Origin: a virus
Reading direction: 5' to 3' (one strand)
Length of the DNA: 64,000 bases
IMG/VR virus record: IMGVR_UViG_3300029305_001279
Positions 33,456-43,624 of the stretch are shown piece by piece; the first letter of the stretch is position 1, and each line of letters begins with the position of its first letter. The notes beneath the pieces are model-generated. The model was not told the origin of the DNA. It did no database searches and worked only from the letters and a program-made list of their open reading frames with translations. A program made the translations under genes and the position numbers.

Positions 33456-33884
33456 ATGAAGCTGATCGCAAAAATGCCTTGCAGCTTCGGTGGCGAGCGT
33501 TTCTACATCGGTGACGAGATCCCTGTTGAGTTGGTCAAGGAACCGAAAACCCAGGAGAAGTACGGCAAGCTGGCAATCGTCAATGACGAAGCCATTACTG
33601 CTGTGATGGACCCTGCTGAACCCGGTGGCGATGCCACCGTGGTTCTCCTGGTCATCTCCGGCAGGGAAATGGAACTGTCTCCCGAAAGCATCCAGATTGC
33701 GATGGATGTCCTCACTGACAATGCTGAAGGTGCCGCACAGCGCATCAATCAGATTGACAGCGACGACATTCTGTTCCTGCTGAATGCTGCCGATTCCCGC
33801 AAGACTGTTAAGACAGCGGCAAAGGCCCGTGCTCAGGCACTCATGGAAGCACAGGAGGGCGTAGAGAGCGAAGGTGACCAGTAA
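33456..33884 (+). CDS. hypothetical head-associated protein
   Basis: 142 aa ORF in the head module. Confidence 0.5.
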   Translation: MKLIAKMPCSFGGERFYIGDEIPVELVKEPKTQEKYGKLAIVNDEAITAVMDPAEPGGDATVVLLVISGREMELSPESIQIAMDVLTDNAEGAAQRINQIDSDDILFLLNAADSRKTVKTAAKARAQALMEAQEGVESEGDQ

Positions 33885-34294
33885 TGGCCAACTACTCCTA
33901 TGACCCTTCAAAAATCACAGAGGGCGGCATGGATCAGATGCGATTCGAGCTGGGCGACACCGTCGTCTACATGGACGGCATCGTCAGTCCCCTCTGTGAC
34001 GAAGAATACAATGCGATTCTCGCCAAGCACGGCAAGAACTGGCGCAAAGCCAAGCTGCTGTGCCTGGAGGCAATCTGCATGAAGCTGTCCTACGAGGTCA
34101 ATACCAGTATCGATGGTCTGTCCTACTCTCTGAATGAACGGTACGACCGCTTCAAGAAGATGCGGGACGACCTGAAGAAGGAACTGGCCGCTATCGGGGG
34201 TGTGCCGGTAGCCGGAAACCCGGCAAGCCTCAGCCCCCATGGCGGTACCCCGTATTATTACAACGACATGCACACCAATCGCCGCAAATTCTGA
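33884..34294 (+). CDS. putative head-tail connector protein
   Basis: Called from position and size only. Confidence 0.4.
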   Translation: MANYSYDPSKITEGGMDQMRFELGDTVVYMDGIVSPLCDEEYNAILAKHGKNWRKAKLLCLEAICMKLSYEVNTSIDGLSYSLNERYDRFKKMRDDLKKELAAIGGVPVAGNPASLSPHGGTPYYYNDMHTNRRKF

Positions 34295-34312
34295 CAGAAG
34301 GAGCTGATCCCC

Positions 34313-34675
34313 ATGTTCTTCCGCTCAATGCTCCGCCCCGGTGAGGGATTCAAGCTGTTCAAGGTTCTCCGCAAGGAGGGCGGCAAGACCGAAAAAGGCC
34401 GGCCGACCACATCCGTGCTCAAACCGCAGGGTGAATTCTACGGGATCATCTCCAAGACGGATCCTACGGAAACCGACCAGCACAAGCAGGTCGGTTCTCC
34501 GAAGAAGTACACCATCGTGCAGCGTGGGACGAAGAACCAGGCGAGGGCGGGCGATATCCTGGAGCACGAGGATGGCAGGCAGTTCATGGTCAAGGGAGAT
34601 CCCAAGGACCCTGGCGGCCTGGGCCACTTTTCCGTCTACAAGGTCGAGGAAAGGGATGATGTGAATGGGCGTTAG
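34313..34675 (+). CDS. putative head closure protein
   Basis: Called from position and size, with weak similarity of layout to SPP1 gp16-like proteins. Confidence 0.4.
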   Translation: MFFRSMLRPGEGFKLFKVLRKEGGKTEKGRPTTSVLKPQGEFYGIISKTDPTETDQHKQVGSPKKYTIVQRGTKNQARAGDILEHEDGRQFMVKGDPKDPGGLGHFSVYKVEERDDVNGR

Positions 34676-35111
34676 AATCACCTATTCCGTCCCCCTGGAC
34701 GAGGCCATCGAGGATACTGTGAAGCGCATCCGGCAGCAAGTGGAGGCCCGCTCCTCCGAAGCCGCCAACGAGCTCCGCAATTCCTCCCTCGAAATCCTGC
34801 GTGGCCAGCGCAGCGGCAGACGGTACCGAGTGCCCGGGAAAAAGGTGTATTACACCGCATCCGCACCCGGCGAGCCGCCTGCAGCACGCTCCGGTCTGTT
34901 CCGCATTTCCTGGCAGCCCACGGCCCTCAAAGAGGGAGACACCTACATTTCCAGAATCGAGAGCGACCGCCGTATCAAAATCGGCTTACTCGGTCAGGTT
35001 TTGGAAGAGGGCACGCCCGGAGGCCAGATGGCACCGCGACCCCACCAGGAGCGGATCCTGAAAGACGCGGAACCGAAGATCGTCCGGATCTACTCCGAAC
35101 CTTACTACTAA
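34665..35111 (+). CDS. HK97 gp10-family tail-completion-type protein
   Basis: The segment APGEPPAARSGLFRISW is typical of the gp10 family. Confidence 0.55.
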   Translation: MGVRITYSVPLDEAIEDTVKRIRQQVEARSSEAANELRNSSLEILRGQRSGRRYRVPGKKVYYTASAPGEPPAARSGLFRISWQPTALKEGDTYISRIESDRRIKIGLLGQVLEEGTPGGQMAPRPHQERILKDAEPKIVRIYSEPYY

Positions 35112-35122
35112 GGAGCATCCCC

Positions 35123-36001
35123 ATGATCGAACAAGCGCTGCTTACACACCTCTCCGCACAGACGGAACTCACCGACTTCCTCACCACCTATGCTGATGAA
35201 CCGGCGGTCTTCAATCAGGAGGCCCCGGCAGATTCGGACGCTGGATGGGCGTCCGGCCCTCAGTACGGACGGATCGTGTTTTCCGTGGACATCCAGGGAG
35301 ATCCCGCTCGTACCCTGGGCGGCCTCCTGTCCGTGGACATCATGTGCAAAGAGGATGAACAGTACCCGGAGGACATCGAGCCCATCGTCCGCAAGCTGAT
35401 CCACGGGTACTTCTTCTCCAGCGGCACCTTCACGGTAGCCGCGCAATTCAAGAATTCCAACTACTTCACCCAGCCGACTGACCATGTCACCGGCTGCACC
35501 GTCTCCTTTGACCTGCTGGCATTCCCTGTCCTGACCACCAACGGCCTGAATGCAATCGCACGGCTGAACGAGTGGACCAGCGAGATCGGCGGCCTTTACG
35601 TCATCAACCATGACGAGCTGCCTGCTCCCGCCTGGAAGCCCGGACCCGGAGAAAGCGCGGTCTACTGGCGCTGCCTCCATGTCGGTCCTTCCGGAAGAAT
35701 CCGGGACAGATACGCTACCATCTGGCGTACCGCTACCATCAAGGGCCACATCTTCTCCGAGGATCTGGCAACCGCTAACGATGTGGCAGAAGAGATCATC
35801 TTCCGCCTGTATGCGGATAAACGGATCCTGAAGACCGGAGAATCCCCGATCATGGTGGATGACCGGAATACCCTGGACAACGGCGCAGACCCGCTCAAGA
35901 CTGGTCAGGTGACCGTAGAGGCTACATACGGTATCAACCGTTACCAAAAAACCGACCAAATGATCCAACACATCCATAAGGAAAGAAAGGAGACCTTGTA
36001 A
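35123..36001 (+). CDS. hypothetical structural protein (neck/tail terminator region)
   Basis: 292 aa ORF between the connector genes and the sheath. Confidence 0.45.
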   Translation: MIEQALLTHLSAQTELTDFLTTYADEPAVFNQEAPADSDAGWASGPQYGRIVFSVDIQGDPARTLGGLLSVDIMCKEDEQYPEDIEPIVRKLIHGYFFSSGTFTVAAQFKNSNYFTQPTDHVTGCTVSFDLLAFPVLTTNGLNAIARLNEWTSEIGGLYVINHDELPAPAWKPGPGESAVYWRCLHVGPSGRIRDRYATIWRTATIKGHIFSEDLATANDVAEEIIFRLYADKRILKTGESPIMVDDRNTLDNGADPLKTGQVTVEATYGINRYQKTDQMIQHIHKERKETL

Positions 36002-36207
36002 TGGCAAGCAATCCCAAGGCCACCGTGGCAAAGGCCGCTCCCGCTGAGAGCGTCTATACTGCTGCCGAGCTGGCCGCCAACTACAAGCTGTTCGGCGTCA
36101 ACCGCGACATTGTCGTCGTAGCCCTGCGTAAGGCTGGCAAGAAAGAAGCCACCTTCACCGAGGCAAAGGCCATCGTCGATAAGTTCAAAACCAAGGAGGT
36201 CAAGTAA
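36001..36207 (+). CDS. hypothetical small protein
   Basis: 68 aa, start overlapping the upstream stop (TAATG). Confidence 0.45.
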   Translation: MASNPKATVAKAAPAESVYTAAELAANYKLFGVNRDIVVVALRKAGKKEATFTEAKAIVDKFKTKEVK

Positions 36208-36210
36208 CCC

Positions 36211-37644
36211 ATGGCTATTTTCTTCAAAGAGGGCGAAATCAAGAAGCGCCCTGGCGTATACCAGCGCCACACCAACACCGGCTTCTCCAAGCCTGCCTCT
36301 GCCAATGACGGCATCTGCGCCATCCCCATCCAGGCCGCATGGGGTCCTCTCGGCAAGGTTCTGAAGAACGTTTCTGAGGCAGATCTGCGCAACAACTACG
36401 GCACCGGAACCTATGGTGCCGGCTTCACCGTGCCTGCTGCTTCCGCCATGTTTGACGGCGGCGCATCCACCGTCTACACCTACCGTCTGGGTGACGGCGG
36501 CACTGCTGCCAGCCTGGAACTCGTAGAAGGTGCAGAAGGTGCGACAGGCCTGACCGTTACTGCCAAGTATGTCGGCACCATGCCCATCAGCGTTGCTGTC
36601 CAGAAAAAGCTCGGCGCCGCTGACAAGAAGCAGTTCCTGGTGTATGTCGGCTCCACTCAGGTCGAGATCTGGGAGTTCGCAGCTGATACCAAGGCTGAGG
36701 GTGCAAACCTGATCGCCGCAACCGCCAAGTCCAAGTACATCACCGTGACCGGCGCGGCCGCTGTCGTTGCGGAACTGGCTGTGGCTTCCGGTGCGCTGAC
36801 CGGCGGTGTCAATCCTACCGTTACCAACGAGGACTATTCCAAGGCCTTTGCCGCTCTGGAACCCTTCTACTACAACTGCATCGCCCTGGACGTGGCTGAT
36901 GATAAAGACATGACCCTGAGCCTGCTGCTGCAGGAATACCTGGACGCAGCCTATCTGCTGGGTAAGCTGGGCATGGCCGTCGTCGGCGAACCCACTACCC
37001 AGGATTTCGAGATCCGTCTGGCACATGCACAGGCATTCAACGATGCCAAGGTCGTCTACCTGGGCAGCGGCTACATGACCGGCAACAATGCCAAGGACGG
37101 CGTGATGGCTATCTGCTACACTGCCGGTGTCATCGCTTCCACTCCTTCCAACCAGGGCATCACCCACAAGATCATCGACGGTGCTACCGACCTGTGCGAG
37201 TCCCGCACCTTCGCTGAGTACGAAGCTGCCATCGCTTCCGGTATGCTGATGATCTCCATGTCCACCGACGGCAACGTCTGGTATGACTCCGGTGTCAACA
37301 CCCTGACCACTCCCGAAACCGGTACCCAGGATGAAGGCTGGAAGAAGATCCGCCGCACCAAGACCCGTTTCGAGATGATCGACCGCATCGACCGCGTGCT
37401 GAACCCCAAGGTCGGCCGCGTGTCTGCTGATACCGACGGCATCGCCGATATCATCCAGACTGCACAGAGCGTGCTGAATGCCATGGTCACTGAGGGCAAG
37501 CTGCTCGCCGGCGCTACCTTCATGGAAGATCCCGCCAACCCCCACGAGGGCGACAGCGCCTGGTTCGTCATCCAGTCTGACGACATCGACAGCCTGGAGA
37601 TGATCTACCTGCAGTACCAGTTCCGCTACAGCCAGAATTCCTAA
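36211..37644 (+). CDS. contractile tail sheath protein (XkdK-like)
   Basis: 477 aa preceding the tube gene. The N-terminal KKRPGVY and overall layout match PBSX-type sheaths. Confidence 0.75.
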   Translation: MAIFFKEGEIKKRPGVYQRHTNTGFSKPASANDGICAIPIQAAWGPLGKVLKNVSEADLRNNYGTGTYGAGFTVPAASAMFDGGASTVYTYRLGDGGTAASLELVEGAEGATGLTVTAKYVGTMPISVAVQKKLGAADKKQFLVYVGSTQVEIWEFAADTKAEGANLIAATAKSKYITVTGAAAVVAELAVASGALTGGVNPTVTNEDYSKAFAALEPFYYNCIALDVADDKDMTLSLLLQEYLDAAYLLGKLGMAVVGEPTTQDFEIRLAHAQAFNDAKVVYLGSGYMTGNNAKDGVMAICYTAGVIASTPSNQGITHKIIDGATDLCESRTFAEYEAAIASGMLMISMSTDGNVWYDSGVNTLTTPETGTQDEGWKKIRRTKTRFEMIDRIDRVLNPKVGRVSADTDGIADIIQTAQSVLNAMVTEGKLLAGATFMEDPANPHEGDSAWFVIQSDDIDSLEMIYLQYQFRYSQNS

Positions 37645-37661
37645 GAGAGGAGATGTAACGT

Positions 37662-38123
37662 ATGAAAACACTGAATACCCAGGAGCTGATGAAGGGCACT
37701 GACGGCCTGCTGTTCGTCGAGTACGAAGGCGTCAACGTTCCTCTGCTCGAAATCGAGAACTTCTCCGTCAGCATGAACTTCAACGCTGTGGATAAGCAGT
37801 ACGTCGGCAACCCCGTCGTCCAGTCCGTCCCCACCGGCGTTGCCTTCAATCTGACATTCACCGAGTCCGTTGTCCGCGACGAGCCCATCATCAATGTCAT
37901 CCTGGATCACCTGAAGAGAGGCAAGTTCCCCGTCTTCAAGTTCCAGGGCAAGCTGGAGAAGCCCGACGGCCAGGAGCAGCGTTATGCCTTCAATAACGCC
38001 GTGCCCAATGGCAACTTCGGCCTGATGAACGTCACTCCCGGCGAAATCGTTTCCCGTGAGCAGAACTACACCCTGAACGAGATCCCCGACATCATCTCTT
38101 CCATCGCATCCACTTACCTGTAA
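37662..38123 (+). CDS. tail tube protein (XkdM-like)
   Basis: 153 aa immediately after the sheath, with high expression-type codon usage. Confidence 0.65.
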   Translation: MKTLNTQELMKGTDGLLFVEYEGVNVPLLEIENFSVSMNFNAVDKQYVGNPVVQSVPTGVAFNLTFTESVVRDEPIINVILDHLKRGKFPVFKFQGKLEKPDGQEQRYAFNNAVPNGNFGLMNVTPGEIVSREQNYTLNEIPDIISSIASTYL

Positions 38124-38193
38124 TCTGAATGCAACACCATAAAGAGGCCCCTGCGTTAGGGGCCTCTTCCAAAACATTAAGGAGGACAACATT

Positions 38194-38703
38194 ATGGCAA
38201 CCCAGAAAAAGGAAAACGTAACCGGCCTGGAACAGGCCAACAACCCCATCGAAGCAGAGAAGGACCTGCTGCAGACCCTGTTCGACGCAGCTGACTTCAA
38301 GAACGAGGATGTCTACGAGCTCGACATTACCCGCAAGGGCAAGGTCATGTTTACGCTGCACGTCCATCCCATCAGCGACAGCGATGCGGCACAGGCTCGT
38401 AAGCAGGCAACCAAGTTCAAGGACCATCCCCAGGGCAAGAAGTACGGCAAGGTCGAAATCGGCTTTGACAACTCCAAGTTCAAGAGCTGGCTGATCTACC
38501 TGGCTACCACTGAGGATGACCAGCAGAAGATCTGGGGCAACAAAGAATTCATGAGAAAGTTCGGACTGATGGAACCCTGGGAGAGCATCGACAAGATCCT
38601 GACCCTGGGCGACAAGAGCAAGCTGCTCGACAAGATCACTGACATCAGCGGCCTCGACGATGAAGACGAGGAAGCAATGGATGATGTGACGTTTCAGTCT
38701 TAA
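38194..38703 (+). CDS. tail assembly chaperone (XkdN-like, G-type product)
   Basis: 169 aa with an acidic C-terminus, directly upstream of the tape measure gene. Confidence 0.6.
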   Translation: MATQKKENVTGLEQANNPIEAEKDLLQTLFDAADFKNEDVYELDITRKGKVMFTLHVHPISDSDAAQARKQATKFKDHPQGKKYGKVEIGFDNSKFKSWLIYLATTEDDQQKIWGNKEFMRKFGLMEPWESIDKILTLGDKSKLLDKITDISGLDDEDEEAMDDVTFQS

Positions 38704-38926
38704 ACTGATAGAGGAAGGCGGCCTGTCGTTCTACGCACACTACGCCTTCCAAAACCTACACATCGAACCCGGTGTCTTTTTGGGACTCCGGACACGGAAT
38801 GACAGAGTCACGGATGGAGAGCGGTCCTTCATGATCGCCTCCATCCGCAAGGCTCTGGAAGAGGGGGACACCCCAATAAAATGCAGACATTTCAGCAACA
38901 AGAATAATCAGGGAGGTGCGTCATAA
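38690..38926 (+). CDS. frameshift extension of the tail chaperone (T-type segment), +1 frame
   Basis: The frame is open from 38690 to TAA 38924-38926 with no start codon: (F)SLKLIEEGGLSFYAHYAFQNLHIEPGVF...MIASIRKALEEG.... It fills the otherwise empty gap before the tape measure gene. Confidence 0.5.
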   Translation, partial: RFSLKLIEEGGLSFYAHYAFQNLHIEPGVFLGLRTRNDRVTDGERSFMIASIRKALEEGDTPIKCRHFSNKNNQGGAS

Positions 38927-41900
38927 TGGCCAATAAAATCACGATGGATCTGGAGCTTCGCTTCATTGACAACGCGACCGGAGGAGCCAAGGCCACCTCC
39001 CGTGCTTTAGATAAGGTTGAGAAAGAGGCCAAGGAAGCCGGCCGTGAAATCGACAACCTGGCGAAGAAGAAGGCCAAGCCTTCCATCGATGCCGAAACAA
39101 GCAAAGTCGATAGGAAGCTGAGCAAGCTCGACTCCACCCTCCGGAAGTTCGGACTCCGGAAGACGAAGACCACCGTCGATGTGGACGACAAGGCAACCGC
39201 GAAGATCTCCAGGGCACTGAATAAGCTCAAGAGCTGGTCCGGGAAGAAGTTCAATGCCTTCCTGGAACTCAAGGACTCCAATGCCCTTCGCACACTGAAT
39301 AAAGTGAGTGACGGCCTGCGGAACCTGACCAGAAAGGTCTTCCGTGTGCCGGTCAAGATCCTGGACTACGCAACGGCGCCGCTACGAGCGTTGAAAAATA
39401 CGCTGTTCAGCATCAAGGGCCTCGTGGCAGCCATCACTGCCGGACTGGCGGCGCAGAATCTAGTCGTCAAACCGATTAGCCTGGCGGACCAATACTCGTC
39501 TGCGCAGATCGGCTTCTCCACATTGCTGGGTGAGAGCCGAGGGCAGCAGATGATGGATGACCTGGACGCATTCGCCAAGGCCACACCGTTCAAGTCCGCT
39601 GAGGTCATTTCCCAGACGCAGCGAATGCTGGCCATGGGCTGGGATGCGGAGCGCATCATTAACGATATGAGGACCATCGGCGATGCCGCAGCTGCTACCG
39701 GCAAGGGTGAGCAGGGTCTTCAGCAGATCGTTACCGCGCTGGCTCAGATCAAGACCAAGGGCCGTCTGTCCACTGAAGAATTGAATCAGCTGGCAGAGGC
39801 GGGCATCTCTGCTAAGAGATACCTGGCTGAAGGTCTCGGCTACGGTACCGGCGATGAAGGTATCGCGGCAATGACCAAAGACCTCGAAGACGGTGCCATC
39901 GCATCCAACGTCGCGCTGGATGCCCTTCTGTCCGGAATGATGGAATACAAGGGCATGATGGACAAGACCGCCAACGAGACCGTGACTGGTCTGTGGAGCC
40001 AGATTGAGGATACCTTCGAGATCAACATTTTCCGTCGCTGGGGCCAGGGCCTTCAGGACGGAGCAAAGCGCGGATTCGGATCCGTTGTGGAGCTTCTGAA
40101 CGAGGCTGACGGTGCGCTGACTGAGTTCGGCGACACCATCTATGATATCGGCCGGAACATCTCTGACTGGCTCGCTGACAAGTTCGAGAATGCCATTGGG
40201 CGTATCACGGAAATCACGGATTCCTATGAATTCAAAAACGCAAGCCTGAAGGATAAGGTCTCCATGCTGTGGAATGGTGTCATCGCTGACCCGCTGAGTG
40301 AGTGGTGGGAAGGCGGCGGCCGGGAGAAGACAGCAGAAACAGCCGGAAAGATCGGCTCCTGGATGGGCGAAATGCTCACCAAGGGTCTGCTGGCTCTGTT
40401 CGGTGCCACGGATGTGCTGGATGAAGGCATCGGAAGCGAAGCCGGAAGCAGCATTGCAGGCTCCTTCGTCCAAGGCTTTATGGATAACTTCGACGGCTCT
40501 GCCATCACCGACGCATTTGTAAATGCAATCGGCAACGTATGGGGCGCACTGCCTGGATGGGCAAAGGTCCTGATCGGCGGATACGGCCTCGGCAAAGCTG
40601 CCGGAGGACTGGCCGGCTTTGCCGGCGGTGTCGGTTCCTTTATCGGCGGCGCAAAGAACATCTTCGGTTCGGCCAGTGCGATGACCGGTCTCTTCGGCCT
40701 CGGCACCAAGGCGGCCATTGGCATGGGTGCCGGCAACCTCGCAGGCGGCGCATCGTTAGGTGCTGGCCTGCTGTCTGCACTGGGCCTCGGTGGAATAGCC
40801 GGTGGACTGGCAGGCGGTGCATCCCTCATTAAGGGCGGCTTTGACCTGTACAAGGGCTACACGACAAATGATGCGATTGAGGCACAGGCAAGCAGGAATA
40901 GCGGCTGGTCAAAAATCGGCGGTGTAGCAGGCGGCGCAGCTATCGGTGCAACCCTCGGCAGCGTCATTCCCGGCCTCGGTACATTGCTCGGTGGTCTGCT
41001 CGGAGCAGGCATCGGCGGCATCGGTGGCTGGCTTCTGGGTGACTATGAAGCCGACAAGATCCGTGCAACTGATGATGCCATCAACGATGTCACGGCAGCT
41101 GTGCAGGACCTGGAGACCGAGGAAGAAAAGCTCGCTGCCAAGAACAAAATGGTCTGGCAGAACATGAAGGACCACTTCGGTGACATCAAGCTCTCCATGA
41201 CCGAAATCAAGCGCCTTGCAGACCAGGTCGTCTGGGGCAAGGATCTGGCGGTCTATGAGAAGTTCGTCTCCGCTACCAAGCAGGCGCAGGCAAGTATGCA
41301 GTCGCTGAACGCAGCGGGAGGAAATACCGACCGCTGGCTGTGGAAGGCTGGCCTCGGTGTCACATTCAACGATGACGAAATCGAAGCCATCACGGAATCG
41401 TTCGACGAGTATATCTCCTCTGCCCAGGCATACCTGGAAAACAAGCACTATGAATTCACTGCCGCTGTGGGACTCCTGGTTGACCTGGAATCCGCGGGCG
41501 GAAAGTCCATCATAGAGTCCGGCAATGCGTTCTACGGCATGTACAAGGAAAAACTGGACGCAGCAGGCAAGGAATTGGGCGAACTCCTGACGGAATCCAT
41601 TGCGGACGGCTTCCTCAATGCAGAGGAACAGACGGCCATTGCTGCTGCCCAGCAGAAGATTGCAGAAATCACTCAGAAGATCTCCGACGCGGAGAGTGCC
41701 GCAGAGCTTCAGCTGATCGACCTGAAGTTCGGCAATGGCAAGCTGGACCTGGACTCCTTCGACAGCTTCATGGCTCAGATCCAGACAGCTCTGGACGAGC
41801 GGATGAATGCAAACGACGAGGCTTTCAAGGTTGGCGTATCTGCCCTGCAGCTTCAGCTGAAGGACGGCGCCATCAGCGAAGCAGAGTACAACAGCCAGCT

Positions 41901-42933
41901 CCAGACCCTGGTGGACGGCTACACGGCCAAGGTTGAATCCGTCAAGGCGGAGATCCTGAATGTGGAGCTGGACATCATCGGTGATGCCTACGGCATTTCC
42001 AAGGATAAACTGTCCAAGGCTCTGCAGGACTCCCTTGCACAGGGCATCGACCCCATCTCCTGGACAACCGAACAGGCACGGCAATTCATCGGCATCGATA
42101 GCCTGTCGGAAAGCACTGCCGGCGCTCTTGCTCAGATGCTCGGCGGCATTGCCCAGCAGCTGCAGCTGGTCGAAGTTGATGGTCAGCTCATGCTGAAACT
42201 GGGTGTTGCAGTTCCGCAAGATACCGCGGCAAGGGTCAAGAAGGCGGTAGATGACAGCGTGCCGGATGCACTGACTGAGGAGGTCATCATCGGCATCGAT
42301 GGTAAGAAGAGCATCATCCGCAGACTCGCCCTGAACGGCGGTGACTTCGGCATCATGAGCAGTTACACCTTCACACCGACCGTCAATGTCAGTCCCGTCA
42401 AGGGAAGTGTCTCCCCGATTCGTGTAGGCCCCGTTGCTCTGCAGGAATTCCGAGGCGGCATCGTCGGCGGTTCCAGTGCCCTGGAATCCTTCGCTCGTGG
42501 CGGTGTTACCGGCTTCAATGGTGGCATCGTCCGTGGAGGCTCCAAGCTGATTGAGGTCGCAGAGGAAGGCAGCCCCGAAATGATTATCCCGCTCAGCAGC
42601 CAGCGGCGTGACCGCGCCCTGCAGCTGTGGAAGAAGGCCGGTTCCATGCTCGGTGTTGACCGATTCTTCCGTGGCGGTGTTACCGATAACAGTGCAGACG
42701 CACGAGCCCGGTCCCAGTATTACGGATTCGCAGGCAACGCTGGCGGCGGTCAGTCCGTCCGGGTAGACGTCGGCGGTGTGCAGATCGATGTCCATGTGGA
42801 TGCCGCAGATGGCCAGACGGTTGCGGCTGTCATCAAGGAGAAGCTGGCAGAGGCAGCGGATGACATTGCTGGTATCTTTGCGGATGCGTTCGGCGCACAG
42901 TTTGAAAATACGCCTGTGAGAGGTGGCAACTGA
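38926..42933 (+). CDS. tail tape measure protein
   Basis: 1335 aa with helical and Gly-rich transmembrane-like segments, in the canonical position. Confidence 0.85.
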   Translation: MANKITMDLELRFIDNATGGAKATSRALDKVEKEAKEAGREIDNLAKKKAKPSIDAETSKVDRKLSKLDSTLRKFGLRKTKTTVDVDDKATAKISRALNKLKSWSGKKFNAFLELKDSNALRTLNKVSDGLRNLTRKVFRVPVKILDYATAPLRALKNTLFSIKGLVAAITAGLAAQNLVVKPISLADQYSSAQIGFSTLLGESRGQQMMDDLDAFAKATPFKSAEVISQTQRMLAMGWDAERIINDMRTIGDAAAATGKGEQGLQQIVTALAQIKTKGRLSTEELNQLAEAGISAKRYLAEGLGYGTGDEGIAAMTKDLEDGAIASNVALDALLSGMMEYKGMMDKTANETVTGLWSQIEDTFEINIFRRWGQGLQDGAKRGFGSVVELLNEADGALTEFGDTIYDIGRNISDWLADKFENAIGRITEITDSYEFKNASLKDKVSMLWNGVIADPLSEWWEGGGREKTAETAGKIGSWMGEMLTKGLLALFGATDVLDEGIGSEAGSSIAGSFVQGFMDNFDGSAITDAFVNAIGNVWGALPGWAKVLIGGYGLGKAAGGLAGFAGGVGSFIGGAKNIFGSASAMTGLFGLGTKAAIGMGAGNLAGGASLGAGLLSALGLGGIAGGLAGGASLIKGGFDLYKGYTTNDAIEAQASRNSGWSKIGGVAGGAAIGATLGSVIPGLGTLLGGLLGAGIGGIGGWLLGDYEADKIRATDDAINDVTAAVQDLETEEEKLAAKNKMVWQNMKDHFGDIKLSMTEIKRLADQVVWGKDLAVYEKFVSATKQAQASMQSLNAAGGNTDRWLWKAGLGVTFNDDEIEAITESFDEYISSAQAYLENKHYEFTAAVGLLVDLESAGGKSIIESGNAFYGMYKEKLDAAGKELGELLTESIADGFLNAEEQTAIAAAQQKIAEITQKISDAESAAELQLIDLKFGNGKLDLDSFDSFMAQIQTALDERMNANDEAFKVGVSALQLQLKDGAISEAEYNSQLQTLVDGYTAKVESVKAEILNVELDIIGDAYGISKDKLSKALQDSLAQGIDPISWTTEQARQFIGIDSLSESTAGALAQMLGGIAQQLQLVEVDGQLMLKLGVAVPQDTAARVKKAVDDSVPDALTEEVIIGIDGKKSIIRRLALNGGDFGIMSSYTFTPTVNVSPVKGSVSPIRVGPVALQEFRGGIVGGSSALESFARGGVTGFNGGIVRGGSKLIEVAEEGSPEMIIPLSSQRRDRALQLWKKAGSMLGVDRFFRGGVTDNSADARARSQYYGFAGNAGGGQSVRVDVGGVQIDVHVDAADGQTVAAVIKEKLAEAADDIAGIFADAFGAQFENTPVRGGN

Positions 42934-43613
42934 TGACCGTTGATATCTATGCACGAGAGAAAGGTGGGAGCCGGGAGATCCGGTTCCCCATTCTCCCCGA
43001 AAAAATCAAATACACGAGCGGCGACACGGAGTTTGTGATCTATGACATCATGAACCGCGGTGAAGTCGCCATCCCCACCGGTACCAAGCTGGCCCGCATC
43101 GGCTGGGAAGCTGAATTCCCGGGAGAAGGCCGTTCGGAGGATCCGTCCATCCACGGTACCTGGCAAGAGCCGAAACATTACCACGACATCCTGGAAGACT
43201 GGAAGGCCAAGGGAACTACCATCAACATCCTGGTGGTCGGCTACCCGTGGAACTTCGATGTGCATGTGAGCAACTACCGGGATGAAGGATACGGCCCCTA
43301 TGGAGATCTGGCCTATGAGCTGGAGTTCCAGGAGGCGCGTGATATCACCATCAAAACCACGAAGGTCGAATCCACGAGCAGCAGCAGCGACTCGCAGCGA
43401 CCCTCCAAAGAAGTGACCACCTATACCATCAAGTCCGGCGATACCCTGTGGAAGATCGCTCAGAAATTACTCGGCGCCGGATCCAAATGGAAAACCATCT
43501 ACAATGCCAACAAGGACATCATCGAGTCCACGGCAAAGAAGCGCGGCTACAAGTCCAGCGATAACGGACACTGGATTTTCCCCGGTGTCAAACTTTCCAT
43601 TCCCAAAAGTTAA
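42933..43613 (+). CDS. LysM-domain tail protein (XkdP-like)
   Basis: C-terminal YTIKSGDTLWKIAQKLLGAGSKWKTIYNANKDII is a LysM motif. Confidence 0.7.
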   Translation: MTVDIYAREKGGSREIRFPILPEKIKYTSGDTEFVIYDIMNRGEVAIPTGTKLARIGWEAEFPGEGRSEDPSIHGTWQEPKHYHDILEDWKAKGTTINILVVGYPWNFDVHVSNYRDEGYGPYGDLAYELEFQEARDITIKTTKVESTSSSSDSQRPSKEVTTYTIKSGDTLWKIAQKLLGAGSKWKTIYNANKDIIESTAKKRGYKSSDNGHWIFPGVKLSIPKS

Positions 43614-43624
43614 GAGGTGACGAT

